Shown here: positions 62,321-64,000 of the stretch, piece after piece
Layout of the letters: each line of letters begins with the position of its first letter
Position numbering within the stretch: position 1 is the stretch's first letter
Source: an uncultured Desulfobulbia bacterium
GTDB taxonomy: Bacteria > Desulfobacterota > Desulfobulbia > Desulfobulbales > CG2-30-60-27
Assembly: GCA_964443295.1 (NCBI GenBank)
Contig: CAYUCH010000002.1
Coordinates: 13,374 to 77,373 of the forward strand
Direction of reading: 5' to 3'
DNA: 64,000 nucleotides
Position numbers and translations under genes: made by a program
Notes under the pieces: generated by a model
What the model saw: the letters and a program-made list of their open reading frames with translations, nothing else
Databases searched by the model: none
Told to the model about the DNA's origin: nothing

Positions 62321-63364
62321 ATGCACAACCAGTTCATTATTCGAAACCTATTCAGAGTTTTATTGGCCACCACGGTATCATTTTTTATTTGTGGGTGTTC
62401 CGGAAATAATAATGACACAACCCCAGTCACGGACGATGTGTATGATAATCCAGTCTATGTCACTGTTGGAACCCACATAGAATATGGGCTAATTTTTAAC
62501 AAAACCGGCTGTGCAGGCTATTTAGAATTCAGATCTAAACTGTTGACCGCCGCTAATTTATTCAACGCATATGGGGTTAAATGGAACTTACAGGTCAGCG
62601 GTCCATTTGCTGAAAAAGTCAGTGTGTGCGACAACTCTGAGGTGGTCGAGACAACTGGTGGTGAGAACCTGCTGATGTACCTTTACAATACTAAAAATAC
62701 AATGATTGATCCTCATGCCCACGAAGATACCGAAAATTATACCGATTTACGAATGGCCATTCATGGTTTGGGTATTCCATTAAATGACCTGACTGTAGTT
62801 GGCGGTTTTGAAAGCGGTAACCATAATCAATTCACATCATTTTTGTCCGGAAAACAAGGAGAAGAGTACCCAGATTCCTTTTGGCATCCTGAAGTTTTAT
62901 CCTTTTCTGCAAACCTTGGACATGAGCTCATGGACGAGGATTATTCCGCTGGAATGTGGCAGCCTCTGGATTTTGATTTCTGGCCCTCCCAAGGGCAAGA
63001 TGGTGAGAATTATTATTCCACTGTTTACGACAACACACGGGGAATGGCCATTGCGGGCATGGGTTTTCTTCATAGCTGTGAATTGGGCCATACAGACAGT
63101 TTATTCTGGAGAGCAAGTGATTACGTGAAAGTGTTGACCGAGTACATCGCTGATGGCACCGCACCTTCAGGAGAAATTTACACTGCGACAATCGCCACAA
63201 CTCAAGGCCAGGTTAACGATAATGACCAATACTTGGAACTCTGGCGCAATCAGCTTGAAGATCTCAAGCCACTTGTTAACTCCGGTAAAGTTGTCTATGT
63301 ACATTTTCAAGAATTGCCGCAAATCTGGATGGATAATTACCAAAACCGGGCCAATATCTTTTAA
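62321..63364 (+). CDS. Hypothetical lipoprotein (347 aa)
   Basis: Has a lipobox (FFICGCSG). I recognise no family; His/Asp/Glu-rich blocks (VTVGTHIE, DPHAHED) hint at a metal-dependent hydrolase fold, but this is unsupported. Confidence 0.55.
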   Translation: MHNQFIIRNLFRVLLATTVSFFICGCSGNNNDTTPVTDDVYDNPVYVTVGTHIEYGLIFNKTGCAGYLEFRSKLLTAANLFNAYGVKWNLQVSGPFAEKVSVCDNSEVVETTGGENLLMYLYNTKNTMIDPHAHEDTENYTDLRMAIHGLGIPLNDLTVVGGFESGNHNQFTSFLSGKQGEEYPDSFWHPEVLSFSANLGHELMDEDYSAGMWQPLDFDFWPSQGQDGENYYSTVYDNTRGMAIAGMGFLHSCELGHTDSLFWRASDYVKVLTEYIADGTAPSGEIYTATIATTQGQVNDNDQYLELWRNQLEDLKPLVNSGKVVYVHFQELPQIWMDNYQNRANIF

Positions 63365-63718
63365 AATAAATGAAATACAGCCATCGGATTATACTTGTGA
63401 TGATATGGGCAACCGAATTTGATGGCTGCGTGAGGCTCAAATAATTTCAAATGTCACCTCGAAATATCAAATAGCCCCAAAAAAGGCACATATTGTGGTA
63501 CCCAGACGAACTGCACGCAAGCTACACACCCCACACATCCCCGCAATCTCCTAATATTACTACATATTTTTTAAACCCCACCATAAATCTGTAATCCTTA
63601 CATATTTAATTTGTATAAAAACGCCTCCTTGTTATACAATTTTTTTATCTGAAGATTTTTAAACGAAAATGCATTCCACACCCCCACAGGATCTAAAAAT
63701 CCCTTAAAGGAGGAAATT

Positions 63719-64000
63719 ATGCACTGGAAATTGGCAAAACGGATTTTCATCATTGGAATTGCGGCCACTGCCGTGGCCTTTGTTCATGGCGCCTGTTCCA
63801 GTAGTAGCGACAATACTACGACAACAATAACAGAGGACACCAGCTACGATAAAGGATTGGACATTCCTGCAGGTGACAGTTTGGTCATTGATGACAGCTC
63901 TGACGATGGCAGCACTATTATTACCATTGATGGGGACTTTAACTGCGCCGGCACATTAGACGTACGCGATACTGACGCAGCCATTTATATCGATGTCTCT
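63719..64000 (+). CDS. Hypothetical lipoprotein, 5' part; runs off the window end
   Basis: AAGGAGG lies 5-6 nt before the ATG at 63719. The protein reads MHWKLAKRIFIIGIAATAVAFVHGACSSSSDNTTT, with the lipobox HGAC. It is not in the ORF track because there is no stop in the window. Confidence 0.6.
   Translation, partial: MHWKLAKRIFIIGIAATAVAFVHGACSSSSDNTTTTITEDTSYDKGLDIPAGDSLVIDDSSDDGSTIITIDGDFNCAGTLDVRDTDAAIYIDVS

Noticed and set aside
63365-63718. The hairpin CAGCCATC...GATGGCTG (63379-63429) after the 347-aa lipoprotein gene, and C-rich CCCCACAC strings before the last ORF. I considered a possible ncRNA or riboswitch.
   Set aside because: The hairpin has only 8 perfect base pairs, a ~30-nt loop and no U-tract. 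I recognise no riboswitch consensus. It is probably just a weak terminator and promoter region.
1-64000. I looked for CRISPR arrays, tRNA/rRNA genes, IS elements, integrases, phage genes and toxin-antitoxin or defence-system signatures.
   Set aside because: I saw no regularly spaced direct repeats, no cloverleaf-like or rRNA-like segments in the intergenic regions, and no transposase, recombinase or nuclease-like translations. The pilus/T2SS block therefore does not look like a recently mobilised island.

Overview
This window is chromosomal and moderately AT-rich by eye. I found no rRNA, tRNA, CRISPR array, transposase or integrase. The gene content (selA, MSHA-type pili, dcw organisation) suggests an anaerobic Desulfobacterota-like organism, but that is a guess.

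Layout:
(1) 1-16.7 kb, minus strand: a division/cell-wall (dcw) cluster, mraZ-rsmH-ftsL-ftsI-murE-murF-mraY-murD-[58-aa Cys ORF]-murG-murC-murB-ftsQ-ftsA-ftsZ(partial). It lacks ftsW and ddl. By eye, its FtsI homologue has lost the SxxK and KTG transpeptidase motifs while carrying a C-terminal PASTA domain.
(2) 17.1 kb: an exported FKBP-type isomerase.
(3) 17.9-27.9 kb, minus strand: MSHA-like type IV pilus cluster 1 (pilin, terminator, MshI-like, MshE-like ATPase, platform, MshJ/K-like, lipoprotein secretin, ExeA/MshM-like ATPase, and a TPR MshN-like gene split over two frames).
(4) 28.2-45.2 kb, plus strand and divergent from cluster 1: MSHA-like cluster 2. It contains a small membrane ORF, a 372-aa pilin with 13 cysteines, a free-standing 79-aa 'DRR'-repeat ORF, MshI/J/K-like genes, secretin, ATPase, platform, an MshA-like pilin with terminator, three minor pilins, a PilX-like protein with a lectin-like C-terminus, an ExeA-LysM-SPOR fusion and an Ig-like lipoprotein.
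(5) 45.3-56.8 kb, minus strand: a complete type II secretion system in the unusual order gspC-D-E-F-I-[62-aa ORF]-J-K-L-M-N-G-H.
(6) 56.9-64 kb: a LOG-family protein, a degenerate GGDEF/TPR protein start/stop-overlapped with selA, aat and two lipoproteins.

The most unusual signals are the apparently dismantled FtsW/FtsI pair in an otherwise intact dcw cluster, the 39-kb block of three type IV filament machines, and the small orphan genes and elements at the pilus junction and inside the gsp minor-pseudopilin operon. All homology calls come from reading the translations by eye. No database searches were run.
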